NCBI GenBank assembly: GCA_002269645.1
Contig: NIVC01003365.1
Coordinates: 37,608-101,607 of the forward strand
Source of the DNA: Macrostomum lignano
Taxonomy: Eukaryota
Length of the DNA: 64,000 nucleotides
Direction: 5' to 3'
Position numbers and translations under genes: made by a program. The notes under the pieces are model-generated. The model made no database searches and was not told where the DNA came from. It worked only from the letters and a program-made list of their open reading frames with translations. Positions 61,823 through 64,000 of this stretch are shown here, in pieces. The first letter of the stretch is position 1. The number at the start of each line of letters is the position of its first letter.

Positions 61823-64000
61823 TGCAACAGCTGCTAGCGCCTATAAAAACTACGCTGATTTTCAGGTATACGAGCTAGACAGCGTCTCGGGTAGCAACTA
61901 AATTTTGTCTCTTTATATGCGATGGAGAGCGAGGCTGCGAAGAGACGTCAGGTAGGTGGACGGAACGCTTCTAGATTCCTCTCACCTTGCGTCCTCGTCT
62001 TCCCTAACCTCCGCCCGACCCTCCGGCCGATCATTTCTCCCCCCATCGGAGCGTGTTATTTTCGAAGCGGCCCGGGCGTTGCTAGGGGCAACGTCCCCTT
62101 GGACTCGTACTCGAGTTCAGGCGAGGCAAGACAGGTGCAAAAGAGATGAGAAGAAGCGAGAGGCAGGCCAGGAAGACTGGAACTGTCTACCCGAATCCCA
62201 TGGAATATTTGACTCACCTGTCGTGTCTTGGCTTGATTAGGCCGGCTCTACAAGGCGATTCGAGAGGAACTTCTAATTAACAAAATCCCTAGGGGCCAAA
62301 ATTCGGCTGGAGCTTTCGAGTGACGAATTTCTGTTTTGGCGCCTTACCGGCCCCTAGCCGGTATATACTTTATACGGCCCCTAAATTTACATAATTTACA
62401 AAAATTATGTAAATTTATCTCTGCTCCCTTCTGGATCGCTTTTACAAGCTCGAATCAGTAGCTTCAGTTTTGCGCTAGCGGAAGTGACTAACTAGCAAGA
62501 GCTTTCGACGCTGTGAAGTTTGGAGCTTGTGAAGTTTGGAGTTTGTGGAGTTTGAAGTTTGTGGAGTTTGGAGCTTGTGAAGTTTGGAGTTTGTGGAGTT
62601 TGGAGTTTGTGGAGTTTGGAGCTTGTGAAGTTTGGAGTTTGTGGAGTTTGGAGTTTGTGGAGTCTCAATCTTGGGAAGTCTCAATCTTGGGAAGTCTCAA
62701 TCTTGTGAAACGACCGTTCCTTATCTACTACACTTCATCGCCCCATAGTCCCAACCTAAGCCTAAACTGCAGTGTACGCTCATAAATTCACTTTGCCCCT
62801 GGTCCTTTCTCTCTAACCATTTCATTCTCCATTGCAAGTATTACGAGCGTAATTGCAGATTTCGCGTCCTGACAAATAAATAAAATTTATGAAAAATCAC
62901 TGCCAATCATTTCGATTGTTAAAATATGAGCGCAGTCTGCTCACTCCGATTCAGCAGAGTTTAAATTAGATCGACATGTCGAAGTGATGTAATAAGGAAT
63001 CATATAGTTTATTTCTGTGTTGCATCACAATAAAGCCATTAAACAATAGAAAAAGCACAATACTAACAAAGATTCGAATTGGTTTGTTCAATTAGCTGAG
63101 TAGCATCAGTAGGAATTACGTGCGTGTACGAGAATTGATAAAGACTGACAAAACAATAGTATAGTTACCACAATCAATGCCTGCGTTGAAAAAACTATTT
63201 TGATTGCCTAATTCTCAGGAAAGCTATCAGAATCACGTGACGCAGCCAAGATTTCAAGTCAGTTACAGCAAACAACCTAAAAACCCTGGCCAACTTTGCG
63301 CCCCTTAAGTTTTTTAACTAAATTTTATTGCCCAAATGCTGACGCACACTAGGTCTACGAAACAATAAAGTTATCTGTCACATTGATAAACTTAAGATGA
63401 GTTTGTCCCCGTGCCCTGCCTCTTCTCTACCCCATTTTATTGTCCTACAGTCACACCCTAAGTCTAAACCGCAATGTACATTACCTGCCGTCTCCCGCCT
63501 TGATAAATGTACGCTCGTACATCAAATCAGTCCTGTCCCAGTCTCTTCTCTATCCAATTTTATTGCCCTACAGTCACACCCTAAGTCTAAAACGCAAAGT
63601 ACATTACCTGCCGCCTTGATCGATTTACATCAAATCGGTTCTGGCCCTGTCTTTTCTCTACCCTATATTATTGCTCTATAGTCACACACTATAGTCATCT
63701 CCTGGTTGCCTCAATTGCGATCTAGAAGGGTAGGTTTTAATGGTCAGCTGACTCTCCATGATAAAACTATAATTTGTGTCACATGAGCTCTGGAAACGAA
63801 AAAATCTATAATTAGACCTTTTGAGTAGCTAGATTGCCCTAAAAGTGTCGAAAACGTGCAATTAATTCACGACGTATTATTTACTGCTTTTGGCAGTAGC
63901 AGATCTGGAGTGTAAAGGGGGTTCAGCTGACCCGTTTTAAGGAGAGCAAACCTTAGCAGCCAATTTGACAGAAACTGTATACAGCAATTCAGTAACAGCT

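Larger units (their letters stand above)
53830..64000. repeat. Segmental tandem duplication, copy 2 (runs off the window end)
   Basis: Near-identical to 42293 onward. Confidence 0.95.

Overview
Eukaryotic (metazoan) genomic DNA. Bases 491-47151 (+) are most of one giant spliced gene for a secreted, cysteine-rich, mucin/VWF-like protein; its 5' end lies left of the window. In order it encodes TIL/VWC-like exons, two LDLa modules, and a ~35 kb exon holding 4 unique modules, 21 x 765-bp repeats (255 aa) and 25 x 663-bp repeats (221 aa) plus a partial unit. TSP1, TIL and VWC-like exons follow, ending in a C-terminal cystine knot. This architecture matches my recollection of the adhesive protein ap2 (Mlig-ap2) of the flatworm Macrostomum lignano; the species assignment is an inference to confirm by BLAST. 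I traced the exons by hand and all splice phases are compatible. Main new observation: both repeat types and the four unique modules look like one ~150-aa Cys-bracketed, discoidin/F5-8 type C-like domain (~50 copies). The repeat domains are joined by Thr-rich linkers that share a short motif. The assembly has 17 identical 1-bp deletions in repeat 1 plus two isolated frameshifts, most likely long-read consensus errors. From 42293 the locus is an ~11.5-kb near-identical tandem duplication. Each unit carries the ap2 3' exons and a small unknown minus-strand gene; the PHTF last exon is seen at the end of copy 1, and its counterpart in copy 2 would lie beyond the window. Introns and intergenic DNA hold a foldback element, two tRNA-derived SINEs (one CORE/MIR-like) and many minisatellites. 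There is no CRISPR array, rRNA or intact tRNA.
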